From Escherichia coli (GTDB lineage Bacteria > Pseudomonadota > Gammaproteobacteria > Enterobacterales > Enterobacteriaceae), in NCBI RefSeq assembly GCF_030013595.1, contig NZ_CP122768.1: a DNA stretch of 64,000 bases. One strand, written 5' to 3'. The notes beneath the pieces were generated by a model. It was not told where the DNA came from and did no database searches. It worked only from the letters and a program-made list of their open reading frames with translations. Shown here piece by piece: positions 34,258-44,538 of the stretch (the first letter of the stretch is position 1; the number at the start of each line of letters is the position of its first letter). The position numbers were made by a program, and so were the translations under genes.

Positions 34258-36591
34258 TTGGCCAACTCATCCTCACGATATTCCGTTCTGACTGCCGCCC
34301 ACTGGGGGCCCATGCTGGTTGAAACCGACGGCGAAACCGTGCTTAGCTCGCGTGGCGCGTTAGCCACAGGAATGGAAAACTCCTTGCAGAGCGCGGTTCG
34401 CGACCAGGTTCACAGCAATACGCGGGTACGATTTCCAATGGTGCGCAAAGGTTTTCTCGCGTCACCGGAAAACCCGCAAGGCATTCGCGGGCAGGATGAA
34501 TTTGTTCGTGTGAGTTGGGATGAGGCGCTGGAGCTTATTCACCAACAACATAAACGTATTCGTGAGGCTTATGGTCCGGCATCGATTTTTGCTGGTTCCT
34601 ACGGCTGGCGTTCAAACGGCGTGCTGCATAAGGCCTCGACATTATTACAACGCTATATGGCGCTGGCAGGCGGTTATACCGGGCATCTGGGGGATTATTC
34701 GACCGGTGCAGCACAGGCGATCATGCCGTATGTCGTGGGGGGCAGCGAAGTTTATCAACAGCAAACCAGTTGGCCGTTGGTGCTGGAACATAGCGATGTC
34801 GTGGTGCTGTGGAGTGCTAACCCACTCAATACGCTGAAAATTGCGTGGAATGCATCTGATGAGCAGGGGCTTTCTTACTTTTCTGCACTGCGTGACAGTG
34901 GGAAAAAGCTGATCTGCATTGATCCAATGCGATCGGAAACCGTTGAGTTCTTTGGCGATAAAATGGAGTGGGTGGCACCGCACATGGGCACCGATGTTGC
35001 GCTGATGCTGGGGATCGCCTATACGCTGGTGGAAAATGGTTGGCACGACGAAGCGTTTCTGGCGCGTTGCACCACAGGTTATGCCGTCTTCGCCTCTTAT
35101 TTGCTGGGCGAGAGTGACGGAATAGCCAAAACCGCCGAATGGGCGGCAGGGATTTGTGGTGTTGGCGCAGCGAAAATCCGCGAACTGGCGGCTCTTTTCC
35201 ATCAAAACACCACCATGCTGATGGCTGGCTGGGGAATGCAGCGTCAACAGTTTGGTGAGCAAAAACATTGGATGATCGTCACGCTGGCGGCAATGTTGGG
35301 GCAAATCGGCACACCCGGCGGCGGTTTTGGTCTTTCTTATCATTTTGCCAATGGTGGTAACCCCACGCGGCGTTCTGCGGTGCTCTCTTCCATGCAGGGC
35401 AGCTTGCCTGGCGGCACCGATGCGGTAGATAAAATCCCTGTTGCCCGCATTGTTGAAGCACTGGAAAACCCTGGTGGCGCATATCAACACAACGGTATGA
35501 ACCGACATTTCCCGGATATTCGTTTTATCTGGTGGGCGGGCGGTGCCAACTTTACTCATCATCAGGATACCAATCGCCTGATCCGTGCCTGGCAAAAGCC
35601 GGAGCTGGTGGTGATCTCTGAATGCTTCTGGACGGCGGCGGCGAAACACGCGGATATCGTTCTGCCTGCGACCACTTCGTTTGAGCGTAATGATCTCACC
35701 ATGACCGGCGATTACAGCAATCAGCATCTGGTGCCGATGAAACAAGTGGTGCCGCCACGTTATGAAGCGCGTAATGATTTTGATGTCTTTGCCGAGTTGA
35801 GTGAACGTTGGGAGAAGGGCGGCTATGCGCGGTTTACGGAAGGAAAAAGTGAGCTGCAATGGCTGGAAACGTTTTATAACGTTGCCCGGCAGCGCGGGGC
35901 AAGCCAGCAGGTTGAATTGCCGCCATTTGCTGAGTTCTGGCAAGCCAACCAGTTAATTGAGATGCCGGAAAACCCGGACAGCGAGCGGTTTATTCGCTTC
36001 GCCGATTTTCGCCGCGATCCGCAGGCGCATCCATTAAAAACCGCCAGCGGCAAGATTGAAATCTTCTCGCAGCGTATTGCCGATTACGCTTATCCGGATT
36101 GCCCTGGGCATCCAATGTGGCTGGAGCCGGACGAATGGCAGGGCAATGCCGAACCGGAACAGTTGCAGGTACTTTCTGCTCATCCGGCACATCGTCTGCA
36201 CAGCCAGCTGAATTACAGTTCTCTGCGCGAATTGTACGCGGTGGCAAATCGTGAGCCTGTCACCATTCATCCTGACGATGCCCAGGCGCGCGGCATACAA
36301 GATGGCGATATTGTTCGGTTGTGGAACGCACGCGGGCAAATTCTTGCCGGAGCGGTCATTAGCGAGGGAATTAAACCTGGCGTGATTTGTATTCATGAAG
36401 GGGCTTGGCCGGATCTGGATTTAACCGCTGACGGTATTTGTAAAAACGGCGCGGTGAACGTTCTGACCAAAGATCTCCCCAGCTCGCGGCTGGGGAATGG
36501 CTGTGCGGGTAATACGGCGCTGGCATGGCTGGAAAAATACAACGGTCCGGAACTGACACTTACAGCGTTTGAACCACCGGCCAGCTCATAA
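34258..36591 (+). CDS. bisC: Biotin sulfoxide reductase (molybdopterin oxidoreductase)
   Basis: 777-aa [28 protein letters not shown]...; apparent TTG start. Confidence 0.9.
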   Translation: MANSSSRYSVLTAAHWGPMLVETDGETVLSSRGALATGMENSLQSAVRDQVHSNTRVRFPMVRKGFLASPENPQGIRGQDEFVRVSWDEALELIHQQHKRIREAYGPASIFAGSYGWRSNGVLHKASTLLQRYMALAGGYTGHLGDYSTGAAQAIMPYVVGGSEVYQQQTSWPLVLEHSDVVVLWSANPLNTLKIAWNASDEQGLSYFSALRDSGKKLICIDPMRSETVEFFGDKMEWVAPHMGTDVALMLGIAYTLVENGWHDEAFLARCTTGYAVFASYLLGESDGIAKTAEWAAGICGVGAAKIRELAALFHQNTTMLMAGWGMQRQQFGEQKHWMIVTLAAMLGQIGTPGGGFGLSYHFANGGNPTRRSAVLSSMQGSLPGGTDAVDKIPVARIVEALENPGGAYQHNGMNRHFPDIRFIWWAGGANFTHHQDTNRLIRAWQKPELVVISECFWTAAAKHADIVLPATTSFERNDLTMTGDYSNQHLVPMKQVVPPRYEARNDFDVFAELSERWEKGGYARFTEGKSELQWLETFYNVARQRGASQQVELPPFAEFWQANQLIEMPENPDSERFIRFADFRRDPQAHPLKTASGKIEIFSQRIADYAYPDCPGHPMWLEPDEWQGNAEPEQLQVLSAHPAHRLHSQLNYSSLRELYAVANREPVTIHPDDAQARGIQDGDIVRLWNARGQILAGAVISEGIKPGVICIHEGAWPDLDLTADGICKNGAVNVLTKDLPSSRLGNGCAGNTALAWLEKYNGPELTLTAFEPPASS

Positions 36592-37000
36592 TCCAGGTGG
36601 GTAGTTGGGTTTCATCCTGCCATGCGCAGTCGACAATGTGAAAACCCTGCGCATGGTAGAAATCTATCGCCGGTTGATTTTTTTGATAAACCTCCAGCAT
36701 CAGATGGGGATGGCGCTGCTGCACATACTGCATCAGCGCCTTACCAATACCGCGTCTGACGGCCTTCGGTGCGACAAACATTGCAGCCAGAAATCGGCCT
36801 TCCATAATGCTGACAAAACCGAGAAACTTACCGTCTTCTTCCCAGACCCAGTTTTGCGCGTTGGCAAGATAGGCATCCCGCACCAGCGGAATGCAATCAC
36901 GCCAGTAATTCGCTTTTATAAAGGGATGCCCCCAGGTTGTACTTTCCAGCCACAGTTCGAGGATCGCGGGGAGTTCTGAACGTTGCGCTTCCCGAATCAT
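36560..37000 (-). CDS. yiaC: GNAT-family N-acetyltransferase
   Basis: 146-aa [30 protein letters not shown]... Confidence 0.85.
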   Translation of the reverse strand: MIREAQRSELPAILELWLESTTWGHPFIKANYWRDCIPLVRDAYLANAQNWVWEEDGKFLGFVSIMEGRFLAAMFVAPKAVRRGIGKALMQYVQQRHPHLMLEVYQKNQPAIDFYHAQGFHIVDCAWQDETQLPTWIMSWPVVQTL

Positions 37001-37560
37001 GGTTTATTTCCCGGATAGCAACAGCAGCCAACCACATGATCATTCACCAGCCCACATGCCTGCATAAAGGAGTAACAGATTGTGGTACCAACAAACTTAA
37101 AACCACGCTTTTTCAGGGCTTTAGATAGAGCGTCGGAGGCGGGCGTAGATGTAGGGATTTCGCTCAACGTTGTGGCTTGTGTCACCTGTGGTTGATGATT
37201 GACAAACGACCAGACAAAGTCGGCAAACGGTTCGCCGTTCTGTTCCATTTGCAGGTACGCCCGCGCATTACCAATAATTGCCTGAATTTTCCCGCGATGG
37301 CGGATAATCCCGGCGTCCTGTACCAGTCTTTCGACATCCTCTTCCTGCATTGCAGCCACCTTCACCGGATCGAACTGATGAAAGCTGGCGCGATAGTTTT
37401 CGCGTTTTTTGAGGACGGTGATCCACGATAACCCAGCCTGCTGCCCTTCAAGGCAGATCATTTCGAACAGTTTTTTACTGTCAGTTTCAGGCACGCCCCA
37501 TTCATTATCATGGTAGGCAATATAAAGCGGGTCCTGACTCACCCAGCCGCAACGTTCCAT
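36997..37560 (-). CDS. tag: DNA-3-methyladenine glycosylase I
   Basis: ORF 36997..37797 trimmed to MERCGWVSQDPLYIAYHDNEWGVP... (187 aa); 4-nt overlap with yiaC. Confidence 0.9.
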   Translation of the reverse strand: MERCGWVSQDPLYIAYHDNEWGVPETDSKKLFEMICLEGQQAGLSWITVLKKRENYRASFHQFDPVKVAAMQEEDVERLVQDAGIIRHRGKIQAIIGNARAYLQMEQNGEPFADFVWSFVNHQPQVTQATTLSEIPTSTPASDALSKALKKRGFKFVGTTICYSFMQACGLVNDHVVGCCCYPGNKP

Positions 37561-37717
37561 ACTTTCCCTCGCTATGTACCCGATCGTAAAAATTTCAGCC
37601 GCTTTTCTTGACGCATCGGTGAAAAAGTCAATATTTAATACAGGGCTACTATGCCCGATATCCTTCATACAATGACAATAATATTGCCGAATTCGGCTCT
37701 TCCCTGGAGTCGTGTTA

Positions 37718-38416
37718 ATGATCATAAAAAAAAGCGGTGGTCGCTGGCAGCTAAGCCTGCTGGCGAGTGTGGTAATCAGTGCCTTTTTTCTCAACACAGC
37801 TTACGCCTGGCAACAAGAATATATCGTTGATACGCAACCCGGACATTCCACAGAGCGTTACACCTGGGATAGCGATCATCAACCTGATTACAACGATATT
37901 TTGTCGCAACGTATTCAAAGTAGCCAAAGGGCGCTGGGACTGGAAGTCAATCTGGCGGAAGAAACTCCTGTGGATGTGACCAGCAGTATGAGTATGGGCT
38001 GGAATTTTCCTTTATATGAGCAGGTTACAACCGGCCCGGTCGCGGCATTACATTACGATGGCACAACCACCTCGATGTATAACGAGTTTGGCGACAGTAC
38101 TACCACGCTGGCCGATCCGTTATGGCATGCCAGCGTGAGTACCTTAGGCTGGCGTGTTGACTCCCGGCTTGGCGATCTCCGACCCTGGGCGCAAATCAGC
38201 TATAACCAGCAATTTGGCGAGAATATCTGGAAGGCGCAATCAGGCCTGAGCCGGATGACGGCGACAAACCAGAACGGCAACTGGCTGGATGTCACCGTAG
38301 GCGCTGATATGTTGCTCAATCAAAATATTGCCGCCTATGCGGCGCTATCTCAGGCAGAAAATACCACTAACAATAGCGACTATCTGTATACGATGGGGGT
38401 TAGTGCCAGATTTTAA
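37718..38416 (+). CDS. yhjY: Outer-membrane beta-barrel (autotransporter-like) protein YhjY
   Basis: ORF 37712..38416 trimmed to MIIKKSGGRWQLSLLASVVISAFFLNTAYA... (232 aa), ending in aromatic F. Confidence 0.8.
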   Translation: MIIKKSGGRWQLSLLASVVISAFFLNTAYAWQQEYIVDTQPGHSTERYTWDSDHQPDYNDILSQRIQSSQRALGLEVNLAEETPVDVTSSMSMGWNFPLYEQVTTGPVAALHYDGTTTSMYNEFGDSTTTLADPLWHASVSTLGWRVDSRLGDLRPWAQISYNQQFGENIWKAQSGLSRMTATNQNGNWLDVTVGADMLLNQNIAAYAALSQAENTTNNSDYLYTMGVSARF

Positions 38417-38530
38417 CGTAACAGTCACAATTAAAACCATTGAGTAACAATAGTTGTGGCGATAGTGGGTGCTAACTTACCAAATAATAAATTTGGTGAA
38501 TAATTGTCACGTCATTCATTCCTGAACTAA

Positions 38531-38561
38531 GGCATTTCATTCCGTTCTGATGGCATTTCAT
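38531..38561 (+). promoter_or_regulatory. Direct repeats GGCATTTCAT-N11-GGCATTTCAT in the yhjX promoter
   Basis: Two perfect 10-bp direct repeats with an 11-bp spacer about 85 bp upstream of yhjX; this is the architecture reported for the YpdB (LytTR regulator) site. Confidence 0.6.
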
Positions 38562-38644
38562 GCCGTTTTCCCCCAGGCATAAAGTGCACTTCGTTATGGT
38601 TGTCAGCAGAGATTTTTCCTTTTTATTACTGCAGGAATACTGCC

Positions 38645-39853
38645 ATGACACCTTCAAATTATCAGCGTACCCGCTGGTTGACACTCATCGGTACTATCAT
38701 TACCCAGTTTGCGCTGGGGTCGGTTTATACCTGGAGCCTGTTTAATGGCGCGCTTTCCGCCAAGCTGGATGCGCCGGTAAGCCAGGTCGCTTTCTCTTTC
38801 GGCTTGTTAAGTCTGGGGCTGGCAATTTCATCTTCTGTTGCGGGGAAATTACAGGAACGTTTTGGCGTTAAACGCGTCACTATGGCTTCCGGCATTTTGC
38901 TGGGATTAGGCTTCTTCCTGACAGCGCATTCTGACAACCTGATGATGCTGTGGTTAAGCGCCGGTGTGCTGGTCGGTCTGGCGGATGGCGCGGGTTACCT
39001 GCTGACGCTCTCTAACTGCGTGAAGTGGTTCCCGGAGCGTAAAGGTCTGATCTCCGCGTTCGCTATCGGTTCTTATGGTCTGGGTAGCCTGGGTTTCAAA
39101 TTTATCGACACGCAGCTGCTCGAAACGGTGGGTCTGGAAAAAACTTTTGTGATTTGGGGAGCGATTGCGCTGGTGATGATTGTTTTCGGCGCAACGTTAA
39201 TGAAAGACGCACCAAAACAGGAAGTGAAAACCAGCAATGGTGTCGTGGAGAAAGATTACACGCTGGCAGAGTCGATGCGTAAACCGCAGTACTGGATGTT
39301 AGCGGTAATGTTCCTGACTGCCTGCATGAGCGGCCTGTACGTGATTGGGGTAGCGAAAGATATCGCCCAAAGTCTGGCACACCTTGATGTGGTTTCCGCA
39401 GCCAATGCAGTCACTGTTATTTCCATCGCCAACCTTTCAGGTCGTCTGGTTCTGGGGATACTGTCTGACAAAATCGCCCGAATCCGTGTTATCACCATTG
39501 GTCAGGTGATTTCGCTGGTGGGTATGGCGGCCCTGCTGTTTGCACCATTGAATGCAGTGACGTTCTTTGCAGCGATTGCCTGCGTGGCGTTTAACTTTGG
39601 CGGCACTATCACGGTGTTCCCGTCACTGGTCAGTGAGTTCTTCGGCCTCAATAACCTGGCGAAAAACTACGGTGTGATTTATCTCGGTTTCGGTATCGGC
39701 AGCATTTGTGGGTCGATTATCGCCTCACTGTTTGGCGGCTTCTATGTGACCTTCTACGTGATTTTCGCCCTGCTGATTCTGTCACTGGCGCTCTCTACGA
39801 CGATTCGTCAGCCAGAGCAGAAAATGTTGCGTGAGGCGCATGGCTCCCTTTAA
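38645..39853 (+). CDS. yhjX: MFS transporter (pyruvate-inducible)
   Basis: ORF 38600..39853 trimmed to MTPSNYQRTRWLTLIGTIITQFALG... (402 aa). Confidence 0.85.
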   Translation: MTPSNYQRTRWLTLIGTIITQFALGSVYTWSLFNGALSAKLDAPVSQVAFSFGLLSLGLAISSSVAGKLQERFGVKRVTMASGILLGLGFFLTAHSDNLMMLWLSAGVLVGLADGAGYLLTLSNCVKWFPERKGLISAFAIGSYGLGSLGFKFIDTQLLETVGLEKTFVIWGAIALVMIVFGATLMKDAPKQEVKTSNGVVEKDYTLAESMRKPQYWMLAVMFLTACMSGLYVIGVAKDIAQSLAHLDVVSAANAVTVISIANLSGRLVLGILSDKIARIRVITIGQVISLVGMAALLFAPLNAVTFFAAIACVAFNFGGTITVFPSLVSEFFGLNNLAKNYGVIYLGFGIGSICGSIIASLFGGFYVTFYVIFALLILSLALSTTIRQPEQKMLREAHGSL

Positions 39854-39935
39854 TCATCTGCCGCGAGCTACTGGGCTTTAGCCTTAGTGTGAATCAAACG
39901 CTTCAACGCAATGTATAAACAATGACGCGTAAAAT

Positions 39936-39962
39936 TTGGGCCAGTTAACTGGCCCTTTTTAC
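39936..39962 (+). terminator. Rho-independent terminator of yhjX
   Basis: GGGCCAGTTAACTGGCCC hairpin followed by TTTTT. Confidence 0.6.
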
Positions 39963-40176
39963 TGCTTTTTGTAACGCTAAAGTCTCTTTTCAAACTTGCA
40001 TTTTTGTAAATTTGTGCTTCGTGCACACTCTTTCCCCACACTTTTTCCCTTTGCTGTGGTCTACTTATTCGCGCGTGTAGATTTTACTTATCTGACTACC
40101 TCCGCACTTTTCCCCTGCCGGGCCTGAAAAGCCGTTAAGCAGGGTGTTATCACCTGTTTGTCCAGGGTTTGTTTGC

Positions 40177-41868
40177 ATGAGATACATCAAATCGATTACA
40201 CAGCAGAAGCTGAGCTTTTTGCTTGCAATCTATATTGGCCTTTTTATGAATGGCGCGGTTTTTTACCGCCGCTTCGGCAGCTATGCGCACGATTTTACCG
40301 TCTGGAAAGGCATTTCTGCTGTTGTTGAACTGGCTGCCACCGTACTGGTAACCTTCTTTTTACTGCGTCTTCTTTCGCTGTTTGGCCGCCGTAGCTGGCG
40401 TATTCTGGCGTCGCTGGTGGTGCTCTTTTCCGCAGGTGCCAGCTATTACATGACCTTCCTTAATGTGGTCATTGGTTATGGCATCATCGCTTCCGTCATG
40501 ACCACCGATATCGACCTGTCAAAAGAAGTTGTTGGTCTGAACTTTATTCTCTGGTTAATCGCCGTTAGCGCATTGCCTCTTATCCTTATCTGGAATAACC
40601 GCTGTCGCTACTCCTTGCTCCGACAACTGCGAACCCCAGGGCAGCGTATTCGCAGCCTGGCGGTCGTCGTACTGGCGGGTATTATGGTTTGGGCACCGAT
40701 TCGTTTGCTGGATATCCAGCAGAAGAAAGTGGAGAGGGCGACCGGTGTTGATTTGCCCAGCTATGGCGGCGTCGTAGCGAACTCTTATCTGCCATCAAAC
40801 TGGCTTTCGGCATTGGGGCTGTATGCCTGGGCGCGGGTCGATGAATCTTCCGATAATAATTCATTGCTTAATCCGGCGAAGAAATTCACTTATCAGGCAC
40901 CGCAAAACGTTGATGACACTTATGTCGTGTTTATCATCGGTGAAACCACGCGTTGGGACCATATGGGTATTTTCGGCTATGAGCGTAATACCACGCCGAA
41001 ACTGGCCCAGGAGAAAAATCTGGCGGCGTTCCGTGGTTACTCCTGTGATACCGCAACCAAACTCTCACTGCGTTGCATGTTTGTACGCCAGGGGGGCGCG
41101 GAAGATAATCCGCAGCGCACATTAAAAGAACAGAACATTTTCGCGGTTCTGAAGCAGTTAGGATTCAGTTCTGACCTCTACGCTATGCAGAGCGAAATGT
41201 GGTTCTACAGCAACACGATGGCGGACAACATTGCTTATCGTGAGCAGATTGGTGCGGAGCCACGTAATCGTGGCAAGCCGGTAGATGATATGTTGCTGGT
41301 AGACGAAATGCAGCAATCGCTGGGGCGCAACCCGGATGGTAAGCATCTGATCATTCTGCATACCAAAGGTTCGCATTTTAACTACACCCAGCGTTACCCG
41401 CGCAGCTTCGCGCAGTGGAAGCCGGAATGTATTGGTGTTGATAGCGGCTGTACCAAAGCGCAGATGATCAACTCCTATGACAACTCGGTGACCTATGTGG
41501 ATCACTTTATCTCCAGCGTGATTGATCAGGTTCGCGATAAGAAAGCGATTGTGTTCTACGCAGCTGACCACGGTGAGTCAATTAATGAACGCGAGCACCT
41601 GCACGGCACGCCGCGTGAACTGGCACCGCCGGAGCAGTTCCGCGTGCCGATGATGGTCTGGATGTCAGATAAATATCTGGAAAATCCGGCCAATGCGCAG
41701 GCATTTGCGCAGCTGAAAAAAGAAGCCGACATGAAAGTGCCACGCCGTCATGTAGAGCTGTACGACACCATCATGGGTTGTCTTGGCTATACTTCACCGG
41801 ATGGTGGAATTAACGAAAACAACAACTGGTGCCACATCCCGCAGGCAAGAGAGGCGGCGGCTAACTAA
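40177..41868 (+). CDS. eptB: Kdo2-lipid A phosphoethanolamine transferase
   Basis: ORF 40144..41868 trimmed to [26 protein letters not shown]... (563 aa). Confidence 0.9.
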   Translation: MRYIKSITQQKLSFLLAIYIGLFMNGAVFYRRFGSYAHDFTVWKGISAVVELAATVLVTFFLLRLLSLFGRRSWRILASLVVLFSAGASYYMTFLNVVIGYGIIASVMTTDIDLSKEVVGLNFILWLIAVSALPLILIWNNRCRYSLLRQLRTPGQRIRSLAVVVLAGIMVWAPIRLLDIQQKKVERATGVDLPSYGGVVANSYLPSNWLSALGLYAWARVDESSDNNSLLNPAKKFTYQAPQNVDDTYVVFIIGETTRWDHMGIFGYERNTTPKLAQEKNLAAFRGYSCDTATKLSLRCMFVRQGGAEDNPQRTLKEQNIFAVLKQLGFSSDLYAMQSEMWFYSNTMADNIAYREQIGAEPRNRGKPVDDMLLVDEMQQSLGRNPDGKHLIILHTKGSHFNYTQRYPRSFAQWKPECIGVDSGCTKAQMINSYDNSVTYVDHFISSVIDQVRDKKAIVFYAADHGESINEREHLHGTPRELAPPEQFRVPMMVWMSDKYLENPANAQAFAQLKKEADMKVPRRHVELYDTIMGCLGYTSPDGGINENNNWCHIPQAREAAAN

Positions 41869-41917
41869 GAGGCCTGCTGACTTTCTCGCCGATCAAAAGG
41901 CATTTTGCTATTAAGGG

Positions 41918-41950
41918 ATTGACGAGGGCGTATCTGCGCAGTAAGATGCG
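41918..41950 (+). promoter_or_regulatory. proK promoter
   Basis: TTGACG (-35) and TAAGAT (-10) with about 17-bp spacing, roughly 10 bp upstream of the tRNA 5' end. Confidence 0.5.
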
Positions 41951-41959
41951 CCCCGCATT

Positions 41960-42036
<77 letters not shown>

Positions 42037-42042
42037 AATTCG

Positions 42043-42072
42043 AAATGCCTGCTCAGCGAGCAGGCTTTTTTG
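42043..42072 (+). terminator. Rho-independent terminator of proK
   Basis: GCCTGCTC-AGCG-AGCAGGC hairpin followed by TTTTTT. Confidence 0.65.
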
Positions 42073-42124
42073 CATTTGTAGCTCATGAGGATGAGAACCT
42101 CCGGGGGCAGGGAGGTTCGACTCG

Positions 42125-42232
42125 ACGTAGGCCTGATAAGACGCGCCAGCGTCGCATCAGGCAACGGCACCGCACTTATTGTTGGATGCGGCGTGAACAC
42201 CTTATTCGACCTACACACCACACATTTCCCTG
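42125..42232. repeat. REP elements (BIME-like) downstream of proK
   Basis: GTAGGCCTGATAAGACGCGCCAGCGTCGCATCAGGC plus a degenerate second REP (GGATGCGGCGTGAACACCTTATTCGACCTAC). Confidence 0.55.
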
Positions 42233-42744
42233 CCAAATTTTCGCCCCATATCTCACTATCCATTAACGGATTTGTGACAGAAACCATTGTCTTTTTTTAT
42301 ATTTGCTTAAATCTTTTTTTGCGTTACTTATGGCTGGCGCTGGCATTTTCCGCTGTGCGTTTTAGCGTTCATGGTATTAATCGCTCAGATATCCACCTTT
42401 TCCTCAGATTTTTTTCACTAAATGCATAAAACTTAATCACCAATTGTTGCTAAATATTAAGCTGATTGTTCTGGTCATGTTGGAGTAGCACAAATTTCTC
42501 TGCTGCAAATAGCTGTTTGAAGTTTTTTTAATCTTTGTTTGTGGATTCTCACCGTTGGTGTAAATCCCGGTTGGCTGTATTGACGTTTTCACATTCTGTT
42601 GACAGATTGTAGGTCACGAGGGGCATTTTATGGAGGATCCGCACTGTTACACTGATGTTAATTAGTACGGCATCCCCACCTCATAACGTTGACCCGACCG
42701 GGCAAAAAACAAAAAAGGTCAGGCAGCGACAACCCACTGCAAAG

Positions 42745-42772
42745 GGTTAAAACAACAAACATCACAATTGGA
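42745..42772 (+). promoter_or_regulatory. CA-rich element in the dppA leader (candidate GcvB sRNA pairing site)
   Basis: AAAACAACAAACATCACAA just upstream of the dppA ribosome-binding site; GcvB control of dppA is established knowledge, the exact pairing is not verified. Confidence 0.45.
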
Positions 42773-42780
42773 GCAGAATA

Positions 42781-44388
42781 ATGCGTATTTCCTTGAAAAA
42801 GTCAGGGATGCTGAAGCTTGGTCTCAGCCTGGTGGCTATGACCGTCGCAGCAAGTGTTCAGGCTAAAACTCTGGTTTATTGCTCAGAAGGATCTCCGGAA
42901 GGGTTTAACCCGCAGTTGTTTACCTCCGGTACTACCTATGACGCCTCTTCCGTGCCGCTTTATAACCGCCTGGTTGAATTTAAAATCGGCACCACCGAAG
43001 TGATCCCGGGCCTCGCTGAAAAGTGGGAAGTCAGCGAAGACGGTAAAACCTATACCTTCCATCTGCGTAAAGGTGTGAAGTGGCACGACAACAAAGAATT
43101 CAAACCGACGCGCGAACTGAACGCCGATGACGTGGTGTTCTCGTTCGATCGTCAGAAAAACGCGCAAAACCCGTACCATAAAGTTTCTGGCGGTAGCTAC
43201 GAATACTTTGAAGGCATGGGCTTGCCGGAGCTGATCAGCGAAGTGAAAAAGGTGGACGACAACACCGTTCAGTTTGTGCTGACTCGACCGGAAGCGCCGT
43301 TCCTCGCTGACCTGGCAATGGACTTCGCCTCTATTCTGTCAAAAGAATATGCTGACGCGATGATGAAAGCCGGTACACCGGAAAAACTGGACCTCAACCC
43401 AATCGGCACCGGTCCGTTCCAGTTACAGCAGTACCAAAAAGATTCCCGTATCCGCTACAAAGCGTTTGATGGCTACTGGGGCACCAAACCGCAGATCGAT
43501 ACGCTGGTTTTCTCTATTACCCCTGATGCTTCCGTGCGTTACGCGAAATTGCAGAAGAATGAATGCCAGGTGATGCCGTACCCGAACCCGGCAGATATCG
43601 CTCGCATGAAGCAGGATAAATCCATCAATCTGATGGAAATGCCGGGGCTTAACGTCGGCTATCTTTCATATAACGTGCAGAAAAAACCACTTGATGACGT
43701 GAAAGTTCGCCAGGCTCTGACCTACGCGGTGAACAAAGACGCTATCATCAAAGCGGTTTATCAGGGCGCGGGCGTGGCAGCGAAAAACCTGATCCCGCCA
43801 ACCATGTGGGGCTATAACGACGACGTTCAGGACTACACCTACGATCCCGAAAAAGCGAAAGCCTTGCTGAAAGAAGCGGGCCTGGAAAAAGGCTTCTCCA
43901 TCGACCTGTGGGCAATGCCGGTACAACGTCCGTATAACCCGAATGCTCGACGCATGGCAGAGATGATTCAGGCAGACTGGGCGAAAGTGGGCGTGCAGGC
44001 CAAAATTGTCACCTACGAATGGGGTGAGTATCTCAAGCGTGCGAAAGATGGCGAGCATCAGACGGTAATGATGGGCTGGACTGGCGACAACGGGGATCCG
44101 GATAACTTCTTCGCCACCCTGTTCAGCTGCGCCGCCTCTGAACAAGGCTCCAACTACTCAAAATGGTGCTACAAACCGTTTGAAGATCTGATTCAACCGG
44201 CGCGTGCTACCGACGACCATAACAAACGCGTTGAACTGTACAAGCAAGCGCAGGTGGTGATGCACGATCAGGCTCCGGCACTGATCATCGCTCACTCCAC
44301 CGTGTTTGAACCGGTACGCAAAGAAGTTAAAGGCTATGTGGTTGATCCATTAGGCAAACATCACTTCGAAAACGTCTCTATCGAATAA
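42781..44388 (+). CDS. dppA: Dipeptide ABC transporter periplasmic binding protein
   Basis: 535-aa ORF MRISLKKSGMLKLGLSLVAMTVAASVQA... Confidence 0.95.
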   Translation: MRISLKKSGMLKLGLSLVAMTVAASVQAKTLVYCSEGSPEGFNPQLFTSGTTYDASSVPLYNRLVEFKIGTTEVIPGLAEKWEVSEDGKTYTFHLRKGVKWHDNKEFKPTRELNADDVVFSFDRQKNAQNPYHKVSGGSYEYFEGMGLPELISEVKKVDDNTVQFVLTRPEAPFLADLAMDFASILSKEYADAMMKAGTPEKLDLNPIGTGPFQLQQYQKDSRIRYKAFDGYWGTKPQIDTLVFSITPDASVRYAKLQKNECQVMPYPNPADIARMKQDKSINLMEMPGLNVGYLSYNVQKKPLDDVKVRQALTYAVNKDAIIKAVYQGAGVAAKNLIPPTMWGYNDDVQDYTYDPEKAKALLKEAGLEKGFSIDLWAMPVQRPYNPNARRMAEMIQADWAKVGVQAKIVTYEWGEYLKRAKDGEHQTVMMGWTGDNGDPDNFFATLFSCAASEQGSNYSKWCYKPFEDLIQPARATDDHNKRVELYKQAQVVMHDQAPALIIAHSTVFEPVRKEVKGYVVDPLGKHHFENVSIE

Positions 44389-44397
44389 TTAAAAGCC

Positions 44398-44452
44398 ATA
44401 CCCGGTGGCGCTGTGCCTCTGCGTGCAGCGCCATCCGGCAGCAATACTTCAT
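44398..44452 (+). repeat. REP-like stem-loop in the dppA-dppB intergenic region
   Basis: Imperfect palindrome CCGGTGGCGCTG...CAGCGCCATCCGG. Confidence 0.4.
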
Positions 44453-44538
44453 TCCCTGTCCGACAAGGGTGGGAATTGATTTGTGAGCAATACAGACACG
44501 CAGTTCCAGGCTGCGGGTCACTACAGAGAATCCGGGTT

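Noticed and set aside
42085-42429. 114-aa and 115-aa ORFs spanning the proK tRNA, its terminator and the REP cluster
   Set aside because: They overlap a tRNA gene and palindromic repeats; their composition is repeat-driven.
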